From Vicugna vicugna (taxonomy: Eukaryota): 64,000 bases of DNA. Positions 1-13,197 of this stretch are shown piece by piece. A model generated the notes under the pieces. It did not search any database and was not told the DNA's origin. It saw only the letters and a program-made list of their open reading frames with translations. Within the stretch, counting starts at the first letter, position 1; each line of letters begins with the position of its first letter. Location of the stretch: NCBI GenBank assembly GCA_013265495.1, contig MU058221.1:1984001-2048000 (forward strand), written 5' to 3'. The position numbers and the translations under genes are program-made.

Positions 1-19
1 GTTTATCTGCACAGACACC

Positions 20-485
20 TTCCCGCGCCGTTTCGTATACGGGCTTCCCTGCCATCCGCACGTAGAGTGTCGCTGTGAACTCTTTTACAAGCCCAGCGGC
101 ATAAAGCAAAGAAGCAATTACCTTGGGACGCAACTTCCTGTGACTGCTCAGCGTCTCGCTTTTGTTCGTGAAAGCGAGAACCCGCTTCAGGGCTCTTCCC
201 GTTCGCAAAGGTGGGAACTGACGAGGCCGTTCGCGAGCGTCCGGTGGCGGGAAGCGAGCCTGCGGGAAGCGGGGGGGACCTGCGCTCGCCCCTTCGCGTC
301 AGGACGCGGGGACGGAGCGCTCTGCGCGCACAGCTGGCCGGCGGGTCGGGCTTCCGTCTTGTTCCGGTTCCGCGGGCCCTTTTGCGCGAGAGACCAGCAG
401 TTCTGCGGGGACCCCGGCCTCCGGACGGAGCCTTTTAGATGCTAGTGTGGCTTTATGAAAACGTGCCTGCATTTGACGCACGAGT
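20..485. promoter_or_regulatory. CpG-rich promoter-like segment (may extend left of the window)
   Basis: Dense CpG, ETS-like motifs (cttcctg, cgggaagc, cttccg, ttccggtt), candidate donor AAG|GTGGGA at 210/211, then a T-rich intron-like flank. Confidence 0.6.
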
Positions 486-1419
486 GGCCTGTTCCCTCGG
501 GATGTTGAACAGAAAGGGTTTCTTTTGTTGATTGTTTCTTTCAATGTTGAGTAACTTGTTTGTTTCCTTTCTAACCTCCTTTTCTTTTTTCTTTTTCTTT
601 TTTGTCCCCAATGGTGGTCATTAGAGCTGGTTTTAATACATTTCTTCTCTGGATTGGAAAAGTTAAATCGTTTCTCATTTCTCTTTTCTGCTCTCTCTGG
701 AAGGAGTGAGAACCAGTGAGCTGCTTTTTGCAGCAGTGCCAGGTGAACAGTGGGTCATCTGCTTGGGGAAGTTCCTTTTTCGTGTGGGAGACAGTTTTGA
801 GATTAGAGTTGTTTCACTTTTTTAAAGTTTGTTTAATTTCCTGATCTTCCATGGTTCCAAAAAATAACATCACACACACACATACCACGCAAATTCTTGC
901 TTTTATAACTCAACGGTGCTCTTTTTTTTAACGCAAAAAAGGGATTTTGTTAGCTTTTGTATCCACAGTGGCCAAGGGCTGCGTGGCTTTGAACATGGCT
1001 GAACCCAGGTCTGTTTCCACCTCTTGGTCTTGCTTTCTTCTCTGTTGCCTTCATTCTCAGGCTCTCTTCTCAACCCATCATTCCGCTCCTGGCTCTCTTC
1101 CTTCCTCGCTCCCGGCTGACCCTCTCTCTGGAAGTTCAGCTGAACTGCTGACTCAACATCTTCCTCGTGTCCGTTACCTCCCCTGCTTTACAGCACAACT
1201 CCAACACCTAACAGTGCTTCCTCTCCCTGGTACCCGCGTGACCAGCACTTCTGAGGAAATACACAGCGATACAGGTTGGCTTCCCCGCAAGTTCACGGTC
1301 ATCCGCTGCAGCTGAGGTCCACTGCTGCCCTTCTTTATTATTATTTTGCTTCTTTTTTTTTTTCCTGTTCTGAGACCTATTTGTTTCATTAAAAATTTAA
1401 TTTAATTTAAATTTAATTT

Positions 1420-2845
1420 AATTTTGGTAAGAGTACAGAATGAGATATGCTCTCAAAATATTAAGTGTGCGTCGTTGTTGACTGTGGGTACCCTGTTGCA
1501 CAGCAGATCTGTAGACTTCGTTCATCTCGCTTTGATGCTCATTGACTTAGTGACTCTCCATGTCTCCCTCCTCCTGCCCTGACACCACCATTTCACTCTT
1601 TGATTCTGTGAATCTGACTATTTCAGATTTCTCTGATGCATACAATCATGCAGTATTTGTCTTGCAATGACTGGCTTATTTAACATAATGTCCTCAGGGT
1701 TAATCCATGTTGTCATATTTTGCAGAATTTCCTTCTTTTTAAAGGATGAATTGTGTTCTATGGGGTGTATATATTTTCTTTATCTATTCATTTGTCAGTG
1801 GCCATTTAGGTTGTTTCTACATCTTGGCTCTTGTGAATAATGCTTCAGTGAACATATGAGTGCTAATATCTCTTTGAGATCCTGATTTCAGGGATTTTTT
1901 TCTTTTTTGCATAAACACCCAGAAGTGGGACTGATGGGTCATATGGTAGTTCTAGTTTTAATATCTTGAGGAACCCCCACACTGTTTCCCATAGCGGCTG
2001 CAGCATTTTGCTATTCCATCAACAGGGCACAAGGGTTCCAATTTTCCCACATCTTTGGCAGCAGCTGCTGTCTTTTGTTTTTTGGTAACAGTTATTCTGA
2101 CAGGTGTGATATGATGCCTCATTGCGATTTTGACTTGCATTGCCCTGGTGATTAGTGTTATTGAGCACTTTTCATATACCTGTTGGTCATTTGTATGTCT
2201 TCTTCAAAGACATGTTCAAGTCCTTATTCCATTTTTAATAGGTTATTATTATTAGTTTTACTGTTGAGTTTTATATGGGTTCTTTATATATTGTGGACAT
2301 TAAGCCATTATCAGATACATGGTTTGCATATATTTCCTTCCACTCTATAGGTAGTTTTTTCATTCTTTGAAATGATTGTTTTCTTTGTTGTGTAGAAGCT
2401 TCTTCGTGTTTTTTAACCCCCTGACATGATTTGAAATTAATTTTTTTCTCTTAAATCTACCTTTGGATTTGCTATGTAAACCTTAATAATACTAGAATCC
2501 TACAATCAAAGAGAGGAAGCAGTAATTTTTTTAAAAGAGAAGGTTAAGCAAATAGAGGAAGAGGTACAAATTAGGGCTTAATCCATGACTTAGGGGGATG
2601 TTTTCAATTTGGTTTGAGTAAAACACCCTGTTGGTAATAGTTTTGACCTCAGAGCTGTTGGGGAGATTAAGAAGCTCTATAGCCTGATGTGGTCCCAGTT
2701 GCTTACTTTTGCTTTCGTTGCTCTTGCTTTTGGTTCATTTTCATAAAATCATTGCCAAGTTGATGTGGTAACACTTTTTCTCTGTGTTTTTTCCTAGGAG
2801 TTTTACGGTTTCAGGTCTTTATGCTTTAGTCTTTAATCCATTTCT
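1420..2845 (-). mobile_element. L1 (L1MA/L1MB-like) 3' fragment, interrupted at about 2410-2680
   Basis: ORF 1958..2140(-) MQVKIAMRHHITPVRITVTKK resembles the L1 ORF2 C-terminus (MQIKTTMRYHLTPVRMAIIKK); L1 3' UTR-like sequence to the left. Confidence 0.85.
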
Positions 2846-3009
2846 CTCTCTCTCTTTTATTTGTTGCTTATTGGTCTGTGCCAGCTCATTTCCTGTGGCT
2901 TTTCCCCTCAAATCCTTCTACTGATCTCCATCTCCTCCCACTTGCTCCCTGATTGTTCAGAGCAGCAGTAGAGGAGAGAGGCTAGGAGCAGGGACTTACC
3001 ACCTAGACG

Positions 3010-3192
3010 GGGTTCACATCCTGGGTAAATAATTTGATGTCTCTTTGCTCTGTTTTCGTCAGCTGTAAAATGGAGATAATAATGGCATCCATCTGCTAGA
3101 GTTGTTAGAAGGATCAAATGAGTTAATGTTGGTAAAAAGCACTTAAAATAGCTCCTGACACATAACCAGGAACTATGCGAGTGTTTGTTATT
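3010..3192 (+). mobile_element. MIR SINE
   Basis: MIR core ctgtaaaatggagataataat and gatcaaatgagttaatg, MIR-like 3' tail. Confidence 0.8.
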
Positions 3193-3699
3193 TACCGCTG
3201 GTTACATGGAGGCTTTGAAGCCCTCGTACCTGTGTTTCCATCCTCCATACCTATGATTTTTGTCAACAGCACGTCCACTCTTAATGCATTTTCTTCATTC
3301 TCAGAAATAGCGTATTAAAAGATCATCCTTCTCGTTTCTTCCTGCCTCTGGCCTAGGTTTCATGTTTATCTCTCTTTTTTCCACATCTTAAATCTATTCC
3401 TTGACGCCAAATCCATATCCTCAGCCTATAAGCTTACTAAAATCCCTCCCATTCTGAAAACAATAAAAACTTTATCACTATCATCATCACCATCTGTATC
3501 AGAAAAAAAACGATGAATAAAAGGCGTCTTCCTCTGATAATTCCTCGTATTCCCAGGGCCTTTCTTCTTCTCTTCTGTCACATAGATTTGGGGGGAAAGA
3601 CGAATCTTTCCCTCCTCACTGCCCTGCCTTCTGGCTCTAACTGCAATTTGCGGATACTGACAAGTAAGCCAATGATTAGCTGTTTGTCACATTCAAAGA

Positions 3700-4900
3700 T
3701 TCACTCTCCATCCTTGATCCACTCTGACCCTCTTGTGGATGTCACACTGTTAGCCAGTTTTGACTTTCATGTCATAAGCTCTCAGGCTCAGCCGTCCCAG
3801 CCTCACCTGGTTCTGCTCCAGGGCTGACTCCCTCCTTGTCTCTTTTCTTAGGTCTTTCTCACGCTTCCTAAATAGACGCTTTCCCCCACGCCCCATTTCT
3901 CACCCTGATCCTTACTCTCTGTGTGTTCCCCGGGCAATTTAATCTATTCCATGATTTATATACTGCTTACCGGATAAGCTGGTGACTCTCAAGTCTCCAT
4001 TTCTAGCCCCAAACTCTTTCCTGAGTTTTCAGACCTTTTCCCAGCTACTTCATAGATGTGAACACCCCAGGGCACCCCAGATTCAGTACATCTAAAATTC
4101 AGGTCTTCGTGTTCTCGACTGGGACATTGTTCATGTGTTTCTGTCTTAGTGGACGGCTTCGCCATCAGCCCTGAAGAGCCCGGGCCAGAAACCAGGTGCT
4201 GCTCTTACAGTCCTTCCCCTCCGTATATTCGGTGTACAAACCCCTATTTACATCATGATACTTAAAGCTGTGTCTCACGTCTGTCTCTCTCAGTCTTGCC
4301 GGAGGCCTTCGTTCTCCTTTGCCGAGTTATTTAAGAGTCTTTGAATGGCTTTTTCTCCTGACGTCACCTGCCGTCTAATCTTTCCTACGTGCAGTTGACA
4401 GTCATACACCTAGAACATTCACCTGACCGTGTGCTGCTTGGCTTATATGTCTTAGATGGTTCCCCACTGCCTGCGTTTTAGGATCTAGCTCCTGTGATAG
4501 TCTTCGCCGTCCAGCCCCAGCCTTCCTCCCCGAGGTCAGCTCCGGTCAGAACCCCATAACGAACAGGGGGCACAGATCTGGTCCTCCATATGCGGCTGTC
4601 TCTGAAGTGCCCATATTCCTTGTCTGTGACTATGCTAGGCTTACCTCTTCCTTTTTCTGGAAACCTTTATTTTTCCAGAGCAAACCCAGTTGCTGTCTTT
4701 GGGGAGCTCTTTTGCAAATCATTCATGCATTGCAAACATTAATTGACTCTCTTTTACTTTTCATAGTGTTTTGTAGATGGCAGTCAGCACACTGGCCTGG
4801 AACTCTGAGTTCCCAAAGGGTTCTGTGCCTGTATTGTTAACAGCCAGGACACTCCCTGGGACTTAGTAGGTGCTTCCTGAATGTTTAAATGAAATTTAGA
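3700..4900 (+). mobile_element. L2 LINE remnant
   Basis: CT-rich L2-like body ending in the L2 3' tail tagtaggtgcttcctgaatgtttaaatgaa. Confidence 0.6.
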
Positions 4901-5715
4901 ACTAAGTACCTTACAAGGATGAGGGAGATAATTTGTCTCTGTAGCTCAGAGTGTAGATAGAAAAAATGGCAGCGTGAGAAGGGTGTCCAAGGAAGACACC
5001 CTTGGTAAAGGGTGGTAAAGGTTCCTCGTGGAGAAGAAAAGAAGAAGGTATGAAGAAACAGATCCTCAGGAACAGGAGGACAACGGGGATGAATCTACAA
5101 AGGGAAGAAAGGGAGACCATTGAAGTGCTGCAGACTGGTCCACCAGGAGAATAATGGGGAGGGAACGGCAGCAGAAAGAAAAGGGCGGCCTTGTAGGAGA
5201 GAGACCTCAGCGGCAGAAGCATCAGAGAGCTCCTGGGGATGAGAGGAGCCTTCCCTGCAGCTGCTTGGCGTGCCTCTGCTGACTAATGATGCTCAGAGGC
5301 CAAAGGCTTCCCTGGCGCTCTCCAAAACACACGATCAAAGAGCCCTGAGCTCGGGCTGCATCCTCTGTGGCCTGCTCTTGGCTGCCTGGAAAGCATTCTT
5401 GACCTCCAGCCAGTCTCCAGTGCTCTGCTCTTCAAGGCTTTTCTTGCAGAAAACAAACGGACAAACAAAACCGAAGTGATGTTTTATGGAATTGGGGAGC
5501 GTTCCTCTTGTTTCCTGAAGGATACTTGGGAGTGTAAGTCTTGGAGGATCATGAGAATCCCTCTGCCTGGGGTCTGTAAAGTGTAGCTGGGCAGTCCTGT
5601 TCAGCGCGGTGTGGCAGAGGACGCCACTGTTCCACGAATGTGGCCTCCGAGGTACAGGTCAGTTACAAACAGCATTAACTATTCATAAAATAAACTGCAT
5701 GTATGTATACATACG

Positions 5716-5741
5716 TGTGTGTGTGTGTGTGTGTGTGTGTG
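5716..5741. repeat. (GT)n microsatellite
   Basis: Perfect GT dinucleotide run. Confidence 0.95.
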
Positions 5742-6297
5742 AAGAAGACTGAAAACCTATAATTAAATCGAACAGAAGTTTTATAAGACCTTCATGAAAA
5801 ACATCTTGAAACCTTATTAAAAGAGATAGAGGAAGAGCTAAAGAAGCAAGGAATTTATATGATGTTTGGGAATGAGAGGAATAGTTTAGTAATTATATCA
5901 GTTCTCCAAGGATTAATGCATAAATTCAATGTTGTTTCAATAAAAACCCCAAACAGGTGGTTCATCGAATGTGGTAAATTGACCCTGAAATTCCCGTAGA
6001 GGTCACAGTTCCCCAGATCATCAAGATTTGCTCTTCTAGTGCTGGAACTTTATTTTAATGCTTTAGTAGTTGAGGCAGTGGGACATTAGTGTAGGAATAG
6101 TCAAACAGACTAAATGGGAAAAAGAGCCAAGGAACGGATCAGCTGTGAATGTGTGACATTACATGGGATGGAAAACGTGCTTGAGTAAGGGGTCCTGGGA
6201 CTTTTGGCCGTCCTGACGGAAAAGACGGTTTAGCTCTGCCACACATCAAAAGTTGATTGTAGATGGATTAAAGACCTAACACTAAACGTAAACATTT

Positions 6298-7056
6298 TTG
6301 TGCTTTATTTTTAAACTTTAAAATATTTTAAATAAAGTATAGTTGACTTACAATATTATATTAGTTTCAGGTGTACCACATAGTGATTCAATATTTTTAT
6401 AAATCATGTACTGTATGGAGTTATTACAACTTTACTGATTATATTAAATTATATTATATTTACTGTACATTACATTCCTGTGACATATTTATTTTATAAC
6501 TGGTTGTAACGCTTTTCCTATTTTGCGCATCCCTTCACCCCATCCCCTCTGGAAACCACTAGTTTGTTCTTTACATCTGTGAGACTGTTTCAGTTTTTTT
6601 TTATATTTATTTGTTTTGTTTTTTAGGTTCCACATGTAAGTTTTTGTCTTTCTCTGACTTATTTCACTTAGCATAATACTCTTCAGGTCCATCTGTGTGG
6701 TCACAAATGGTAAGATTTTATTTATTTTTTTATGGCTGAGCAATAGTTCATTGTATGTGTATACATACACTTACACATACACATCTCATATATATACACA
6801 TATACACACACATATTTACACACACTAACATATATACACATACACGTATATATACACACACACACACATTTACACATACACACACATATATACATACACA
6901 TATATATACACATACATACACATATATACACACACACACTTACACATGTATGGTGTGTGTATATCATATCTTCTTTATCCATTCATTTGTTAAACAGAAA
7001 CACTAACTTTGATAGACAGATGCACCCTAATGTTCATTGCAGCATTATTTACAAAA
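6298..7056 (-). mobile_element. Younger 5'-truncated L1 3' end with inverted 5' segment and target-site duplication
   Basis: Minus-strand L1 3' UTR about 6330-6990, plus-strand L1 piece about 7000-7055 (gatgcaccctaatgttcattgcagcattatttacaa), gtaaacattt repeated at 6288-6297 and 7057-7066. Confidence 0.75.
6760..6960. repeat. Degenerate (CA/TA)n low-complexity expansion inside L1
   Basis: Alternating purine-pyrimidine tract tatacacacatatacac. Confidence 0.9.
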
Positions 7057-7799
7057 GTAAACATTTCAAAGAAACCTTTGAAGATGGCCTTCAGGTCCTG
7101 AATTAGGGAAAGATTTCTTACAGAGGACAAAAAAAATTATAAAGGAGAAAGTGATGTATTAAAGTATTTTAAAATTTAAAACTTCCAAATGACAAAAACT
7201 GCAATTCAAAAATTAAGTGAGAAAAAAAACTTCAGGTACTGGAGAAGATATTTGAAAAACATATAACTCACAATGGATTATCAATCATCTTGTATGAAGA
7301 ATTCCAAATGATCCTGGAAGCAATCTAAAAAAAAATAGGCTAAGGTTTTTAAATAGGCAACTTTCAGAGGAAGAAATCCCAATATATATTAAACCGACTG
7401 AAAATCTGGACAATGCAGATTGCAAATTAGTATAAACTAATAAGAATGTTGATGAAAAGTTGATGAACATGTTGGGGAACATTGATTTCCTTAAGTTAGT
7501 AGTGGCAGCGTAGACGTACAGCTGACTTGGAGAACAGTTTTTCAGTAGACTGAAGACGTATGGACCCTATGATCCTAAAATTCAAGTCATAGTCATGTAC
7601 GAACGAGACAGGAGCCAGAAAGACACATATATGCATGTTGATTGCCAGCACCATTTTTTTGTTTTGTTTTTTTGCAGCACCATTTTTAGCAGTGAAAATA
7701 AACCATGTCCTCATTTGGCAGAACTGGAGGATTACCCAGTAGGGATTTCCACTTCTGTTCAAGATGGAGTGACAGAGACCAGATTTAGCTCTGGCTTTA

Positions 7800-10700
7800 A
7801 AATATGCAAAACAGCAGATTTCAAGGCAGTGGCCATTAGGCACCAGGGTACAGTGATCCTTGAGAGATGGGCAGTCAAAAAGAACGAGCCATAACATTGT
7901 CCATATGTCTGCATCGACAGAGGGTTTTTTTCAGAGCACAGTGGAGGAAGATGAAAGCAGTCATGCCTTGGTGGGTTTCCAGAGCTGAGGAACCCAAGCT
8001 GTGACTATGAGGAGCCTGAGGTGTCTAGAATTTGTAGGACAGAATGAGGAGACAGCAGCAGAGAGGAAACTCTGGAGGTCTGGAGAGAGTTCCCTTCTTG
8101 AAATCAGCTGTGTCCTGATGAGTAAATGCATGTGGGGAAAAGACCTGAGGCTGGCGGGAGAACCACCAGAAGGATGAGAAGGAAGTGTGTTCAGAACTCA
8201 CGCACATTCAGGGGTGGCAGGTGTTTACAGCAGCCCGACTGGAAAAGCCTCGTGAGCTGTGAAGCACTGGTTGTAGAACTCAAGAGGGACTCACCTCAGG
8301 CTTGAGGAGTAATGAATTGATCACAATCTGGGACTGCCTAGTAACTCCTGAAAGCAAGACCCAAAAGGCTGAGACGGTTTCAAGGAACTTAAGTGTGTCC
8401 CAGTACAAAGCGCAGGAACGTGCGTACAGATACGGGAACAGCCAGCACCCAGCGAGGCAGAGCCCACGGTGTCTGCTGCGTAGTCGCAAACCAAAAGGCG
8501 AGCAGGGAATTTGGGGTAGAAAAATAGAGCTCATGATGGGGTCAAAAACTCATCAACCAAAACTGACTTAGGACTAAATCGGTTGAATTAAAACTGATAA
8601 TAGAAGCAGCAGACACAGGTGTGCCTAACAGTACTTCAGACGCTGGAATAGTTAAGTAGACAGAGTGAAGAAACTGAAAACTTCTAGAGGTGAGAACTCT
8701 GGTGAATGAGATGAAGAAGACACTGAACGGTATGAATTGTAGATTAGCCATGACAGGAAAAAAAGCTTTGTGAACTTCAAGACAGAGCAATAGAAACGTT
8801 TTATAATGGAACAGGAAAAAAGCGGTCAGAGGGAAGAAAGACACATGACATGCAGTGTGACAAAGACAAGGATGACAGCATGTTTCTCATTTGAAACAAC
8901 ACAAAAGAGAAGACAGTGCAATGATGCCTTTAAAGTGATAGTAGGGGAAAAAAAGAATTCAACCTAGACTTTTGTACCCTTCTTCTATACGTCTTCTTCT
9001 TAGAAGAAACATGCTTTAAAGACAAAATAGATTTTTAAATGAGGGCAAAAAAAAAAAGCCGTTTTTGTTTACAGATATACAAAGCTGAAAGAAACCAACA
9101 TTTGGCTCGTTACTAAAGACATGTCAAATACATACTCAGCATGAAGGGAAAAGACAGCAGAAAAAATTATGCACCAACACAAATAAAGGACACGGAAAAT
9201 GATAGCTCTAAGGGTGAATATGTAAGAAGTTTTTCTTATTAAATCTCTTCAAAATATTATTGAATGTTTAAGAAATAATTGAAACAATGTAGTATAATTA
9301 TTAAATATGTAAAAGTAAAATGTATGCCAATTGCTTAGAGTCCCTGAGAATTGAAATATGTAGTGTTTTATATATATATAATATGTATATATATACTATT
9401 GTAAGATTCTAATTCTATGTGCGGAATTATGTAGTATCTCTTGCGTGTGGACTGTGATAAGTTAAAAGAGAGATACCAAATATCCTGAAACAGTCATTCA
9501 GATAATCAAACAGTGCTAACAAGCCAATGAAGAAAATAAAGTAGAATCATAAACAGTAGTTATTCAGTCCAGAAAAAAAGTCTTAAAAATACCTTCTGAG
9601 GGGGAAGGGAACAAAGAATGAACGGGACAAAAAAGAAAATAAATGGCCAGATGACAGACTAAATTTAATCATATCAACAATGACACTGAATAGAAATAGT
9701 TTTATATTCCCCAATTAAAAGGGGAAAACTATCAGATTATATATTAAATTAAGACTTACTTGTTTGCTTCATACAAGAAACATACTTTAAAGACACAGCT
9801 ATTGGGAGACGAAATACAAATCTAAATAATCTGTGTGTCTTATGGACGTTGAAAAAATGTTTTAAAGTGAATAAAATGAAAGCACAACGTAGGAAAATGT
9901 GTGGAATTCCTCTAAGATCATACTTAGAGGGTGAATTCACAGCGCTCCACACGTATCAGAGCAGTATCTCAAATTAATGTCCTCAGTTTGCAATTTAAGG
10001 AACTAGGGAAAAGGCGCAAAGTAAACCCAGTGTAGGCAAAAGACATGAAATAAGAAAGATCAGAATGCACGTCAGTGAAACGGAGAACGAAAGTAATAGA
10101 GAAAAACAATGGAAGCAAAAGCAGGTTCTTTGAAAAGTTTGATAAACGTGCAGATCTCCAGCCAGGCTTAACAGGAAAAATAAAAACGATGTAAATTCGT
10201 ATAGCAGGCATTAGAGTGGCTTCACTGCTAATGGGTTTATAGGTATAAAATGATACTTAGGAAATATTTTGAACAATTTCATGCCAATACGTTGGACAAC
10301 TTAGATCAAATGGATGAATTCCCTAAAGGACACAAACTACCAAAGCTCACTTAATTAAGAAGAAACGGATAACTTGAAAAGCCTTCTATTAAAAATTTTA
10401 ATTTATAATTAGGGATTTTTCCACAAAATATCTCCAGGTCCTCTGGCTTTGTTTTTGAAATCTAGCACACATGGAAGGAAGAAATGTGCGCCAGTTCTGC
10501 ACACCTCTCCCAGAAAGTTGAAGAGCGGCAGCTCTTTGGAGAATGGACAGTCTTTTCAAAAAATGGTGCCAGAACATTTAGAAATTTGCATACCAAAATG
10601 TCTTCAGTCCGTGGAACATGCACCATGTAATGAAATTAACTCAAAATGGAGTACAGCCTGAATGTAAAACTCAAAACTTTAAGACTTCTAGAAGGAAACC

Positions 10701-11700
10701 AGACAAAATCTTTATGAACTTAGATACAACACAAAAAGTGCAGCCCATGCAAAGATCAATAAGTTGGGAATTCATCAAAAGTAACATTTTTAAGAAGAAG
10801 TTGTCATGACTGCCAGCCATATACCGGAAGAAAATCTTTGCAAAGTACATGTCTGACAATGGATATGGACCCCGGATATATTAGGAACTCTCAATAATAA
10901 GAAATAATAGTGAAACAAATAAACCGATTTAAAATACAGACAAAAAAATGTGAACAGACTTCGCCGAAGAAGATACAAGAGTGGCAGATAAGCACATGAA
11001 AATAAATTCAACATTTTTGTCATGAGGGATGTACTAATCAGAATCACAATGTGATACGTAACTGTTCAGGTAGCTGAAATAAAAACACTGATCGTACGGA
11101 GTTTTTGTAAAGATGTGGAAGACTGGAACTCTTACGCACTGCTGCTGGGAAAGTAAAATGGTAAAAATATTTCAAAAAATGTTGGCCAGCTTCTTAAAAA
11201 GTTACACATACATTTACCATATGTGTATGCAAAGACTTGCACATGAATGTGTATCGCAGATTTTTCTGTAATGGCCCAAACTGGAAATAACCTCGATGTC
11301 CATCAATAGGGGAACGGTCAGACCAGCTGCGGTCTATGCCTGCGATGGAGTGCTGCTCAGCAGTGATTATGCAGGAACCAAGGTGCAGACACCATGGATG
11401 AAGCTCAGGATGATCACGCAGCATGAAAAGACGGAAAAGAACACACTGTGTGCTGCCATGTACATAAGATTCTAGAAATTGTAAAGTAACATTTGACAGA
11501 ACACGTGCCAGTGATGGTCTCCGTAGAGGGACGGGAATGCAAGTAGGAGAGAGGGAGGAAGTTACAAAGGCACTGAAGAACGTTGGGGAGGTGATGGCTG
11601 TGTTTACAATCTTGCTTGTGGTTATAGTTTCACACATGCCACAACTTAGCAAATTATACACTTGAACATTTATACCTGAATAAACCTGTTAAAAATAAAA
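7800..11700 (+). mobile_element. Long decayed, internally deleted L1 (L1MC/L1MD-like): ORF1, ORF2 and 3' UTR remnants
   Basis: ORF1-like A-rich region 8600-9200, ORF2 phrases (caaactaccaaagctcact; ggacaacttagatcaaatggatgaattcc), 3' UTR ending aataaacctgttaaaaataaaa near 11700. Confidence 0.7.
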
Positions 11701-12759
11701 TAACATGAAAAATAGTGAATAGAGTATGATTCTCAAGGACCAATGGCACCTGCCCGTTAGACAATAAACTGGATTTATACGTATCCAACACAGATAAATC
11801 TGAAAAACAGAATAAATGCAAATGAATACTTACAGTCCACCATGTATGTAAGTGTCAGTTAAGCAGCATGCCTAGTGAGTACGTGTCTGTTGTGTTCTGG
11901 AAATCATTTGCCATAAAACATGGGGTTGATACGCACCAACTGAAGAGGCTGGTCACTCTTGGGAAGGAGTGAGAAGAGATGGGATGAAGCTTTATTTGTC
12001 TGGAAATAATTCTTTCTAAAAAAATATATTGAAAATTTTGGATTGCTGTTTATTGCTGTTCAGAGGGTGGGAATGTAGATAAGCTTCTATTATGTTAACG
12101 TCCATTCTTTTTGTAAGCCTGGTTTGGTTCACAGTTTATAGTCACCCAACAGCTTAGATGGGGACCTGTGGGAGGAGGGCCCCTTTGCCGGGAGAGCTGG
12201 TACCCAGTGAAGAAAGGAGGCGCTCTTCCAGGGAGGGGAAAGACACTAGGCACAGACTTAAACACATCTATTGCATTAAACTTGTGAAACGTGCTATGGA
12301 AGTGAAGTACAGGTGTCATGAGATCGCATACTGGGGGTAGCTAATGTCCAGAGGTCAGAAAATCTGTGAAATGGCAGGAGGTCCACAGTGAGATAAGGCG
12401 GAAGAGGCTTAGGTGGTGGGGCTGCAGTGAGATACGTGGCCCGACGTCCAGCAGAGAGTTTGCAGAGGGAATTGCAACGTGTGTTCATTCACAGAACCGT
12501 TTCCATGGTTAGCGTTTTTTTTTTTTTTCAATCATTTAATTGTCTGTGGTAGGAGAAGCATAAACCTTGATGTTACCAAGAATGTATTTTCCATTTTTTT
12601 TTCAGTTGAATGATATAAATCAATGATCTAAATAACTATTCACACTTTTAGGCCAATTCAGGTTTTTGTCATTATGAATTAGTCTTGGGTTAAGAGTCAG
12701 TGTATTGAACAGTTTGTAGCCTTTTCAGACTGGCTTCTTTCACTTAGTAATACGTCTTT

Positions 12760-13197
12760 TAAGTGCAAACTGTACGATTGCAACCAAATGACATTCTGGA
12801 AAAGGCACAGCTACAGAAACAATACAAAGATCGTGGCTTCCAGGGGTTTGGGGGGAGGGAGAGAGGGAGGGATGAATAGATGGAGCACAAGGGATTTTTA
12901 GGGCAGTGAAATTATTCTGTAGGATACTATAGTGGTGGCTGCGTGCCATTATGCATTTGTCAAAGCCCATAGAACATCAAGAGTAAACCCAAACGTTAAC
13001 TATGGACTTTGGCTGATAATAATGTGTCCATGTTGGTTCATCGATGGCACTAAATATGCTGCACTGATGAGGGATGCTGGGGGGAGGGGAGTGTTCCTGT
13101 GTGGGTGGGGAGGGCTCTATTTTCTGCTCAATTCTGCTGTAAACCTGAAACTGCTCTAAAAAAATAAAGTCTCTTAAAAATTAAAATTAAAAAAAAA
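12760..13197 (+). mobile_element. L1MC-like 3' UTR fragment
   Basis: gacattctggaaaaggca, cattatgcatttgtcaaagcccatagaa, ctaaaaaaataaagtc and an A tail. Confidence 0.75.

Larger units (their letters stand above)
5780..7760 (+). mobile_element. Old L1ME-like ORF2 remnant, split by a younger L1 at 6298-7056
   Basis: A-rich decayed L1 ORF2 phrases (agatggattaaagacctaa; ggaaagatttctta; ggagaagatatttg) on both sides of the insertion. Confidence 0.6.

Noticed and set aside
6722..7006. ORFs rich in C/V/Y or H/T/Y
   Set aside because: Translations of the CA/TA low-complexity tract.
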